A DNA stretch of 64,000 nucleotides, from the IMG/VR virus record IMGVR_UViG_3300047445_000186, positions 1 to 64,000 of that record. One strand, 5' to 3'. The translations under genes were made by a program, and so were the position numbers. This document shows, piece after piece, positions 9,857 through 17,495 of this stretch (its first letter is position 1; the number at the start of each line of letters is the position of its first letter). The notes under the pieces are model-generated. The model saw nothing but the letters and a program-made list of their open reading frames with translations, had not been told where the DNA came from and searched no databases.

Positions 9857-9894
9857 TCAAACGCAGCTTCGGCTGCTTTGACAAAGCCTCGAAC

Positions 9895-9923
9895 AAGGGA
9901 CTCTTCGGAGTCCCTTTTCTTTT
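9895..9923 (+). terminator. intrinsic terminator with UUCG loop
   Basis: AAGGGACTC-TTCG-GAGTCCCTT followed by T-tract. Confidence 0.85.
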
Positions 9924-9955
9924 GTGTGTCATCTTGCCCATTGAAAATTTCGATC

Positions 9956-9961
9956 TAAATA
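9956..9961 (+). promoter_or_regulatory. late promoter TAAATA
   Basis: upstream of 10029 gene. Confidence 0.55.
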
Positions 9962-10028
9962 GAGTTCCACCGTTGCTTTTGACTGTGGTAATTTGACCAC
10001 TTTGGTCTTTATTCTTTTAGGAAAATTT

Positions 10029-10505
10029 ATGTCTAATCAAACTTGGGTAACTGGCGTCATTGAATACAAGGATGTTCTCCTTCCACTTGACACCGAGGTT
10101 CTCCATCACAACATCGTTATCTCTGATCCAGAAGACGCTGATCACACCTTCAATGTTCAGCTAATGACCGGCCAAAGCGCTGGCGGTTTTATCGGACCAG
10201 CCAATACCTACCCGTACACTGTACTTTCAGATCGATCTATCTTCCAAGCTCAAGGCCTGTGGGGTACTGACTACCCACCTGCGCGTTTTCTGCCAGGCAA
10301 AACATACAACGTCACAGTAACCACAATGGTCAGAGATCCAATGAATCAATACAACTATGAAGGCATCGTGCTTGAAGGTGCGCCGGTTCTAACATCCTCG
10401 TTCACGGTTCCTGAGACGCTGACCGCTCCTGTGAATCTTAAGGTTGTGCGCATGCCCGGCACCATTGAGTTCATGTTTGACAATGTGACGAACGCCTCAG
10501 ATTAA
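10029..10505 (+). CDS. hypothetical beta-rich late protein, possible head decoration protein
   Basis: follows MCP with own late promoter; beta-strand-rich composition. Confidence 0.45.
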   Translation: MSNQTWVTGVIEYKDVLLPLDTEVLHHNIVISDPEDADHTFNVQLMTGQSAGGFIGPANTYPYTVLSDRSIFQAQGLWGTDYPPARFLPGKTYNVTVTTMVRDPMNQYNYEGIVLEGAPVLTSSFTVPETLTAPVNLKVVRMPGTIEFMFDNVTNASD

Positions 10506-10526
10506 AACTCTAGCATCTTCGCAATC

Positions 10527-10547
10527 AAAGGGCCCATAGGGCCCTTT
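10527..10547. terminator. hairpin terminator
   Basis: AAAGGGCCC-ATA-GGGCCCTTT. Confidence 0.6.
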
Positions 10548-10596
10548 CTGGTATCCGGAATTTGGTGTATAATCCACCCATCAACCTGGAGGCCGT

Positions 10597-10878
10597 ATGA
10601 AGTACATCGTCGAAATTCGTTCCCGCGATCGGAAGTGGTCTGATTGGGAGGAGCTCTGCGAAGAGCGCCTGGAACGTGATGAGGTTCTCGAGTTCTTCAA
10701 GGACTGCGATGACGGAATCAACGTCCAGTACCGAGCTCGCCTGCTCCCACAGTTCGGATACGAGGTCCTCACCCCGTGCAAGACATTCGTTGACGAGCCT
10801 GATCAGCGGCTCTCGCGCGAGATGCCAGCGTCTGTGCACCGCTTGAACGACCAGATCCTCTCCGCCCTCGGCGTGTAA
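10597..10878 (+). CDS. hypothetical early protein
   Basis: 93 aa, GGAGG RBS, TATAAT upstream. Confidence 0.7.
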   Translation: MKYIVEIRSRDRKWSDWEELCEERLERDEVLEFFKDCDDGINVQYRARLLPQFGYEVLTPCKTFVDEPDQRLSREMPASVHRLNDQILSALGV

Positions 10879-11006
10879 TGCCGCCGTAATTGCGTGTCAG
10901 AGATTTCGGGTTCACGGGCGTTACAATTGTTACAACCTACGACCCGAAATCAGGTTAAGATCCACTCAACGTTAAACCTTTTGTATTACTCTGAAGGAAC
11001 TTTGAG

Positions 11007-11240
11007 ATGAACGCCAAGCTGACCGCAATGCACACTCGGACGATCGAGAAGCACCCCGGCTTCGCAGTCGAGATCGAGGTGCTGAAGCATCAACTCGACG
11101 GCCGCGCTCCGTACGTTTCCAATCGCGTCACGTCCGCTCCGGTGTTCACCACGAAGTTCGCTGCCGATTCCGCTGCCGTTCGAGCTGTGATGCAGTTCAA
11201 CAGCGGTGGGAACCTGCCGAACATGTGCGAACTTTTCTAA
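11007..11240 (+). CDS. hypothetical early protein
   Basis: 77 aa, GAAGGA RBS. Confidence 0.65.
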   Translation: MNAKLTAMHTRTIEKHPGFAVEIEVLKHQLDGRAPYVSNRVTSAPVFTTKFAADSAAVRAVMQFNSGGNLPNMCELF

Positions 11241-11255
11241 CCACCGGAGAAGACC

Positions 11256-11438
11256 ATGAAGCGTTTCCAAGCGAAGGCATTCGTTCCTCACCCTGGTTCG
11301 ATGCCTCTCCCGAAGCCGGCGAAGCCGTACGACGCAACAACGAGCACCCGGATAATTCTGCTTCGCGAGCAGAGCGACCTGTCGTACAGCTTCGCCGCGG
11401 CCCGCCGCGCTGGAGCGAAGATTCACACCCTGCACTGA
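11256..11438 (+). CDS. hypothetical protein
   Basis: 60 aa, GGAGA RBS. Confidence 0.6.
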   Translation: MKRFQAKAFVPHPGSMPLPKPAKPYDATTSTRIILLREQSDLSYSFAAARRAGAKIHTLH

Positions 11439-11507
11439 GCGACCCAGAGCGTCAGCTCTAACCTGATCTGTGCTACCGACATGGTAGTGCAAGCGTTACA
11501 ATGAAGC

Positions 11508-12722
11508 ATGAAAATTGCTGTCATTGGGGCTGGAATCGCTGGTACGCTTTCCGCCTATTTCTTGGCCGAGGATGGCCACCAAGTTACTGTCATTGATCGA
11601 GAACCTGAGCCCGCGATGGCTTGCACTCGAGCGAATGGCGGTCAAATCTCTGTCTGCAACGCCAGCACCTGGAACACGTGGTTGAACGTGCGCAAGGGTT
11701 TGAAGTGGCTCACACAAGCAGACGCCCCTCTCCTGATTCGTCCGAAGCCTGAACTCGCGAAGCTGAAATGGCTCGCTGGTTTCATGCGGCACGTCGTGAA
11801 CGGCACGCACGAGGCGAACACGATCGAGACGATCGGTCTCGGCCTGACATCACGTTCCTTGTACGAGAAGATCGCTGAGCGCGAAGGTCTGCAGTTCGAC
11901 AAGTCGAGCACTGGCCTGCTGAATGTGTACACGAGCGACAAGTCGTTCGAAGACGCGCTCGATGAGAACTGGATGTTCGCGTACGCTGGTCTTGAGCGGA
12001 AAGAGCTCACTACTGAGGAGGTGATAGCGCTTGATCCAGGTCTGAAGAACTTCAAACATCTCGTTGGCGGCATCCTGACCGAGTCCGATTGGACGGGCGA
12101 TCCGCACAAGTTCTGCCAGCAGCTCAGAACGATTCTCGAGTCACGCGGTACCCAGTTCCAATTCAATCAAGAGATCGAGCTTGGAACCGTGCACGATGCG
12201 AACACATTCACGCAGAACGGCCATGACTTGCTCGGCCTGTATGATCTGGTCGTCGTCTCGAACGGTCATGAGATCAGCCAGTTCGCATCGCACCTTGGCG
12301 ACTCGATGAATGTGTACCCTGTGAAGGGGTACTCGATTACGATCGATGTGGAAGGTGATGAAGCTCCTCAGTTCTCGCTCCTTGATGACGATCGCAAGAT
12401 CGTCTCCTCGCGTCTTGGCGATCGCTTCCGCATTGCCGGAACTGCTGAGCTCACTGGTGTGAATTACGACATCCGCCGAGATCGAATCGATCCGCTTTTG
12501 AACTGGGTCCGTGAGAACTTCCCGAACGTTCGAACAAGCACGTACAACCCGTGGGCCTGCCTCCGCCCAATGAACTCGAACATGATGCCAATCGTTCGTC
12601 GTTCCAAGAACCCGCGCGTCTGGTACCATGGCGGTCACGGCCATCTGGGCTGGACCCTTGGTGCGGCAACTGCGAATCAGCTCGCCGAGAAGATTCAAAT
12701 CGCCGTGACAGTGGGTGGCTAG
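11508..12722 (+). CDS. dadA: D-amino acid dehydrogenase (FAD-dependent, DAO family)
   Basis: IAVIGAGIAG FAD motif, RANGGQIS, YPVKGYSIT, RIAGTAEL, WACLRPM, GHGHLGWTLG. Confidence 0.85.
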   Translation: MKIAVIGAGIAGTLSAYFLAEDGHQVTVIDREPEPAMACTRANGGQISVCNASTWNTWLNVRKGLKWLTQADAPLLIRPKPELAKLKWLAGFMRHVVNGTHEANTIETIGLGLTSRSLYEKIAEREGLQFDKSSTGLLNVYTSDKSFEDALDENWMFAYAGLERKELTTEEVIALDPGLKNFKHLVGGILTESDWTGDPHKFCQQLRTILESRGTQFQFNQEIELGTVHDANTFTQNGHDLLGLYDLVVVSNGHEISQFASHLGDSMNVYPVKGYSITIDVEGDEAPQFSLLDDDRKIVSSRLGDRFRIAGTAELTGVNYDIRRDRIDPLLNWVRENFPNVRTSTYNPWACLRPMNSNMMPIVRRSKNPRVWYHGGHGHLGWTLGAATANQLAEKIQIAVTVGG

Positions 12723-12731
12723 CACGTAGGC

Positions 12732-12772
12732 TCGGCTCACTCAGAACACCCGAGGGACCTTTGCGTCCCTCG
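12732..12772 (+). repeat. 16-nt repeat TCGGCTCACTCAGAAC plus hairpin
   Basis: identical 16-mer at 50486-50501; both lie between a stop codon and a GGGAC/GTCCC stem. Confidence 0.7.
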
Positions 12773-12851
12773 TTCAGTATGCTCTGCATCCTAGAACTCG
12801 GGTGCACCCTGCGCACTGATCGTTACAATTGATCTTTCAAGGAGAACAAGA

Positions 12852-13052
12852 ATGACAACTTACGCACGGAAGGTGCTCGACGTAGCAGTCCACAATCTGG
12901 ATCGCTCGATCGAAGTACAAGAAGCGTCTATCAAAGAGCTGCGGAATGATCTTGGCATCGCAGAGAACGATCTGCAGAACAGCTACAACCACCGCGTCGA
13001 GCTGATCAACTCGATCATCGCGCTCGACGCTCTGAAGCGAGATGCTGTCTAA
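12852..13052 (+). CDS. hypothetical coiled-coil protein
   Basis: 66 aa, AGGAGA RBS. Confidence 0.65.
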   Translation: MTTYARKVLDVAVHNLDRSIEVQEASIKELRNDLGIAENDLQNSYNHRVELINSIIALDALKRDAV

Positions 13053-13596
13053 GATCACGATCCCGTTCATTAGGAAGATCATTCCTAGTGTGATCGCGTC
13101 TGAACTTGTCAGTGTTCAACCGCTGACAGGCCCCGTAGGCGAGATCTTTTCGATCCGCCATAATTTAGAACTTTACTTTGGACCAGGAACAAACCAAGCC
13201 ATGATGAATATCCGCCAACGCTCTGTGAACGTCAATCGTCTCGAGCTGCTCGAGAAGCTCCGCGCCAATCTCGCTGTACATCGCGCCGAGTACGAAACCG
13301 CTCTGAGCGAGTACAAGCAACGTCTGATCGACGACCTGAAGCTTGCTGTGAAGAAGGTCGGCAAGGTCGAGAATCCACTCGAGCTGAAGAGCTTCCGATT
13401 CGCTCTGCCATTCCCACAGGATTACTCCTCGCAGTACGAGGAAGTGATCGACATGCTCGAGATGTCGGTTGATGAGAACATCAATCTCGACTCCGAATCG
13501 TTCAAGGCGTACCTGAAGAACGAGTGGTCGTGGAAGGGTAACTTCGAAGCTTCCGCCGCGATGTACAAGTCGGTCGGCTCTTCGCTCTCGCTGTAA
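13042..13596 (+). CDS. major-capsid (Gol-region) peptide fused to a 132-aa conserved phage domain; possible internal start at 13201
   Basis: residues 4-39 are 24/36 identical to MCP 8768-8875; CAGGA RBS before ATG 13201. Confidence 0.7.
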   Translation: MLSKITIPFIRKIIPSVIASELVSVQPLTGPVGEIFSIRHNLELYFGPGTNQAMMNIRQRSVNVNRLELLEKLRANLAVHRAEYETALSEYKQRLIDDLKLAVKKVGKVENPLELKSFRFALPFPQDYSSQYEEVIDMLEMSVDENINLDSESFKAYLKNEWSWKGNFEASAAMYKSVGSSLSL

Positions 13597-13832
13597 TGGC
13601 ACAGACCCAAGGATACTGGATTTCTTGGGTCCCCCAGAACACTGGTTGGTCTGGGGGAATCTCCTGGTTTGACACCAAGTCAGGGCCGATCTCGCGGTAC
13701 AAAGCGACCGTATGCGCCTCGAAAGAGGAAGCTCAGAGGGTGAACGCTGAGCTGAAGGAAGCGATGAAGACATCCGAGGTTCTGTACCGCGTTGTGAAGC
13801 GAACCGTGACTGAGGAATACTTCTATGACTGA
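13596..13832 (+). CDS. hypothetical protein
   Basis: 78 aa, TAATG coupling. Confidence 0.65.
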   Translation: MAQTQGYWISWVPQNTGWSGGISWFDTKSGPISRYKATVCASKEEAQRVNAELKEAMKTSEVLYRVVKRTVTEEYFYD

Positions 13833-14112
13833 TGACGAACGTCGCGCGAAGACGAAGGAAATCCAGGCAGAGCTCGCTCGACTGTCGGCTGAGACGAAGA
13901 TCATGGAGCTTCGTCGGAAGGCGCTTAACGCCAGGTACGATGCTGCTGAGACCGAATTGCAGCTGTTCTGCCTGCATGAGGACATTGAGAACAAGGTCGA
14001 GCACTATGAAGGCGGCTACTACGATCGAGCCAGCACCGAGCGGTGGCGTCGTTGCAAGACCTGCGGAACAACCTCGGAGCGAGTGACTGAAACGCACTCG
14101 TGGTACGGATGA
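13825..14112 (+). CDS. hypothetical protein with Zn-ribbon motif
   Basis: CLH...CKTC motif, 95 aa. Confidence 0.6.
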   Translation: MTDDERRAKTKEIQAELARLSAETKIMELRRKALNARYDAAETELQLFCLHEDIENKVEHYEGGYYDRASTERWRRCKTCGTTSERVTETHSWYG

Positions 14113-14615
14113 TCCGCAATGATTGGATTGACCTCTGGCGTCGATTCACTTTCAATCTCGACGATCCGCATATTCTTGCTGAGGCGCACGAAATTTTGAT
14201 CCATGGAGCTCGTGGTGAACGATCTGATGACGTTCGGCTTGAGGACTCCAAGCGTGGATTAGCAGTGCAGTACGCAGTGGCCGATCATCTCTTCAAGCAA
14301 GGGAACGCAGTCTGTCGTCCAGAGGATGGGGTGTATCATTACGACTTGATAGTGAACGGATATTTCGTTGACGTGAAGTGTCGTTTCACTGGCAAGTTCT
14401 GGCAACAGACGAAGTACGAAGCAAAGAAGGTTCCTGAGTCAGGTGACCGGGTTCTCTATCTCTGCATTGACGCATTTCCAGAGACTCGCCCTGAAGATCA
14501 GCGCTTCAAGTACATGGGCGGGTGCTGGTCAGAAAACCTCTCGCCAAGTGATTACGGGTGTCCGTACGTTGATCAGAAGAACTTCATTGATCTGGATGAA
14601 CTGATGGTAATCTGA
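14109..14615 (+). CDS. PD-(D/E)xK nuclease-like protein
   Basis: GLAVQYAV...YDLIVNGYFVDVK pattern. Confidence 0.5.
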   Translation: MIRNDWIDLWRRFTFNLDDPHILAEAHEILIHGARGERSDDVRLEDSKRGLAVQYAVADHLFKQGNAVCRPEDGVYHYDLIVNGYFVDVKCRFTGKFWQQTKYEAKKVPESGDRVLYLCIDAFPETRPEDQRFKYMGGCWSENLSPSDYGCPYVDQKNFIDLDELMVI

Positions 14616-14701
14616 CCCACGTTAGGGACTACCGATCGTAACACCCGACTTAGAATAGTCATTCCTCTCCAGTGTCTCAAGACACATTTATTGGAGAGAA
14701 A

Positions 14702-15133
14702 ATGACTGAAAATACTTTAAAGACTGATTGGGTTCAAGACATCGCAGCAATGCACACCAAGTTCGGTGTGAACACCGTTGTTCGAGGTCTGGACAAAGAG
14801 AAGCTCTCGAAGTTCCTGCAGTTCCGCCTGGATTTCCTTCAGGAAGAACTGGACGAAGCGAAAGAAGCTCTGGCATCCGGTGAAGTCGATCGTGCAGAAG
14901 ACGTGGTTGACGCCATGATCGATCTGTGTGTCGTCGCAATCGGTACGCTCGATGCTTTCGACGTGAATGCGTATGAAGCTTGGAATCGCGTGCACGGCAA
15001 GAACATGGAAAAGACTCCTGGCATCAAGCCAGAACGTCCGAATCCGCTGGGTCTGCCAGATCTGATCAAACCAGCTGGCTGGACAGCTCCTACACACGCG
15101 GACAACGTCGGGATTCTTGCACGGGTTTTCTAA
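14702..15133 (+). CDS. MazG-like / PRA-PH family nucleoside triphosphate pyrophosphohydrolase
   Basis: LQEELDE...EDVVDAMIDL acidic helices, VHGKNMEK, LIKPAGW. Confidence 0.8.
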   Translation: MTENTLKTDWVQDIAAMHTKFGVNTVVRGLDKEKLSKFLQFRLDFLQEELDEAKEALASGEVDRAEDVVDAMIDLCVVAIGTLDAFDVNAYEAWNRVHGKNMEKTPGIKPERPNPLGLPDLIKPAGWTAPTHADNVGILARVF

Positions 15134-15156
15134 ACCTGAGGGTTCCGTCGGCGATG

Positions 15157-15162
15157 TAAATA
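15157..15162 (+). promoter_or_regulatory. late promoter TAAATA
   Basis: upstream of fibre genes. Confidence 0.6.
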
Positions 15163-15192
15163 GGCCTGTACTTACGTATAGGCCTTTTTCGC

Positions 15193-16044
15193 ATGCGCCA
15201 GCTTGACATCATCACCATCACACCCAGCACTAACCCGGCCGTCCCATCGACGTTCGAGGTTGCTGGCGACTTCACTTCAATTTTCCACGGTAAAGAGTGG
15301 ATCGACGAGGATGGAGTACGCTTCCCGTTCTACGACACTGTGGCTGGAGGTACGCTTCTTGTCGCAACTACGTTCGATGTAATCGGAAATCCAAAGTACG
15401 CAGGTCGGTACACGGTTTACACGAAGCCGACTCTTGGCGGTCTGGATTCCTCAACGTACCAATCTGGTCCTAATCGCACGATTGTTCGTGTGAATGAGGC
15501 GATGCCAGCCGGTACCTCAGGTGAACTGATCATCGGGAAGATCACGCGCGTTTCGACGTACCTGCTCTCGATCGCTGGTGAGTCAGACTTCGTTCTCACT
15601 GAACAGCAGAGCGTCACTGATCGTCCGATCGAACTCTCTGGTCGTTTGACCGTCGGTTGGGGTGAGTCGATGATGCAGAACATGCTTCGTCAAGCTCAGT
15701 CGTTCGCAGGTCCTACAGCTCCTGAGAATCCTTTCCTTGGTCAGCTCTGGCTTGACACAACGACCAGCGTTCTGATGATCCGTGGCGCTTCGGCTTGGAG
15801 CATCGTGAATGCTCAAGTGTTCGGTGCTTCGTACCGTTTCACACAAGGCGCAGCATCAACGACTTGGACCGTGAATCACGGTCTTGCTTTGCCAGCTCCA
15901 TTCCACGCGGGCTTCGAGTTCTTCGTTGATACTCCAGGCGGGCTGAAGCCGATTCTTCCTCTTGACGTGACGTTCAACTCTGCGAATCAGCTCACCGCTA
16001 CGTTCTCGAACGCCAGCACCGGGTACGCGATCGTTCGCGCATAA
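15193..16044 (+). CDS. virion structural / fibre-associated protein
   Basis: WGESMMQNMLRQAQSFAGPTAPENPFLGQLWLDT, TTWTVNHGL motifs. Confidence 0.65.
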   Translation: MRQLDIITITPSTNPAVPSTFEVAGDFTSIFHGKEWIDEDGVRFPFYDTVAGGTLLVATTFDVIGNPKYAGRYTVYTKPTLGGLDSSTYQSGPNRTIVRVNEAMPAGTSGELIIGKITRVSTYLLSIAGESDFVLTEQQSVTDRPIELSGRLTVGWGESMMQNMLRQAQSFAGPTAPENPFLGQLWLDTTTSVLMIRGASAWSIVNAQVFGASYRFTQGAASTTWTVNHGLALPAPFHAGFEFFVDTPGGLKPILPLDVTFNSANQLTATFSNASTGYAIVRA

Positions 16045-16052
16045 GGAATAAC

Positions 16053-17495
16053 ATGCTGTACGATGGTATCAATCTAGCCGAGCACGCGTCGATCTTGAAC
16101 ATCACCGTGCAGTCTGGCACGGTGTTCCCGACAAATGCAAACGTCGCTGAGCTGTTCTATCGAACAGATTCGTCCACGCTGTACGCGCACGATGGCACCA
16201 CTTGGCAGGCCCTCGGCGGAGGCGGTTCTGGTGGTGGATCGGTTGCTGCTGAAGCTGCGAAACTGAGCACGCCTCGATTGATCAACGGCGTCGCGTTCGA
16301 CGGTACAGCGAACATCACAATCACAGATAGCTCGGCACTGCCACTCGCTGGTGGCACACTCACTGGCTTGCTCGTTACACGCGCTTCAAATGGAACCACC
16401 GCTGGTCTGCGTCTTCCAGTAGGAACAGGTCCAGCAGCTCCAGTGAATGGCGATCTGTGGAACAGCGGATCGGCACTACAGCTCCGCGTCTCTGGGAACA
16501 CGAAGACGATCGCGTTCACTGACTCGAATATGGCATCAGCAGACAAATGGTCTGCTGCTCGAACGATTACTCTCGCTGGTGATGTCACTGGCTCGACATC
16601 GATTGACGGTTCGGCGAACGTTTCGCTAACGGCTGTTCTGTCTCCATCTGCCGTTCTTGCTGCGTTCATTGCCTCTGGCGGTGGTGGTGAAGCAAGCACG
16701 TTGAATGGCCAGCCTGGTTCGTTCTATACGAACATCACTGCTCGCCTTGGCTATACTCCGCTGAACGCATCAGCGTACACCGCAGCCGATGTGCTGTCGA
16801 AGCTGATCACAGTGGATGGTGCTGCTTCCGGTCTTGACGCTGATCTGCTTGATGGTCAGCACGGTGCGTACTATCGTGACTTGGCGAACATGAGCGGTAC
16901 GCTCGCTGTGAATCAAGGCGGCACAGGTGTCGGAACGATTACTGGTTTGATCAAGGGAAATGGCACAAGCCCGGTGACTGCTGCAGTTGCTGGCACTGAC
17001 TACGTTCTTCCAACAGGCTCGATCACAGGGAACGCAAGCACGGCCTCGCGGATCAACGTTGGTGGCACTGCGTACCAGACGTACCGCATGAACAGCACAG
17101 GAACAACTCAAGAGTGGGGTGGAGCGATCCAGCCAATCTTGATTGCAGCCAGCGATGAGACAACTGATCTCACGGTTGGAGATGCGAAGGTCACGTTCAG
17201 AATGCCATTTGCGTTCACGCTGACTCAGCTTCCGCGAATTAGTCTTGCGGCCGCCGCCGTAGGTGAAGGTGACTTTGAAGTGGACATCAAGAAGAATGGC
17301 GTCTCGATTTTCAGCACGAATTTGACGATCAACTCAAGTGACACAACAAGCAAAACTGCTTCAACTCCTGCGGTGCTTGTAAGCAATCCAACGGTATTTG
17401 CAGACGACGATGAAGTGACGATTGATGTTATTCACGTTGGTATCAGCGTTGCTGGTGCAGGTCTGAAGGTTGCATTGGTGGGGTACCCATCATGA
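16053..17495 (+). CDS. tail fibre protein
   Basis: TPRLINGVAFDGTANIT, ARTITLAGDVTGS, SGLDADLLDG fibre repeats. Confidence 0.8.
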   Translation: MLYDGINLAEHASILNITVQSGTVFPTNANVAELFYRTDSSTLYAHDGTTWQALGGGGSGGGSVAAEAAKLSTPRLINGVAFDGTANITITDSSALPLAGGTLTGLLVTRASNGTTAGLRLPVGTGPAAPVNGDLWNSGSALQLRVSGNTKTIAFTDSNMASADKWSAARTITLAGDVTGSTSIDGSANVSLTAVLSPSAVLAAFIASGGGGEASTLNGQPGSFYTNITARLGYTPLNASAYTAADVLSKLITVDGAASGLDADLLDGQHGAYYRDLANMSGTLAVNQGGTGVGTITGLIKGNGTSPVTAAVAGTDYVLPTGSITGNASTASRINVGGTAYQTYRMNSTGTTQEWGGAIQPILIAASDETTDLTVGDAKVTFRMPFAFTLTQLPRISLAAAAVGEGDFEVDIKKNGVSIFSTNLTINSSDTTSKTASTPAVLVSNPTVFADDDEVTIDVIHVGISVAGAGLKVALVGYPS

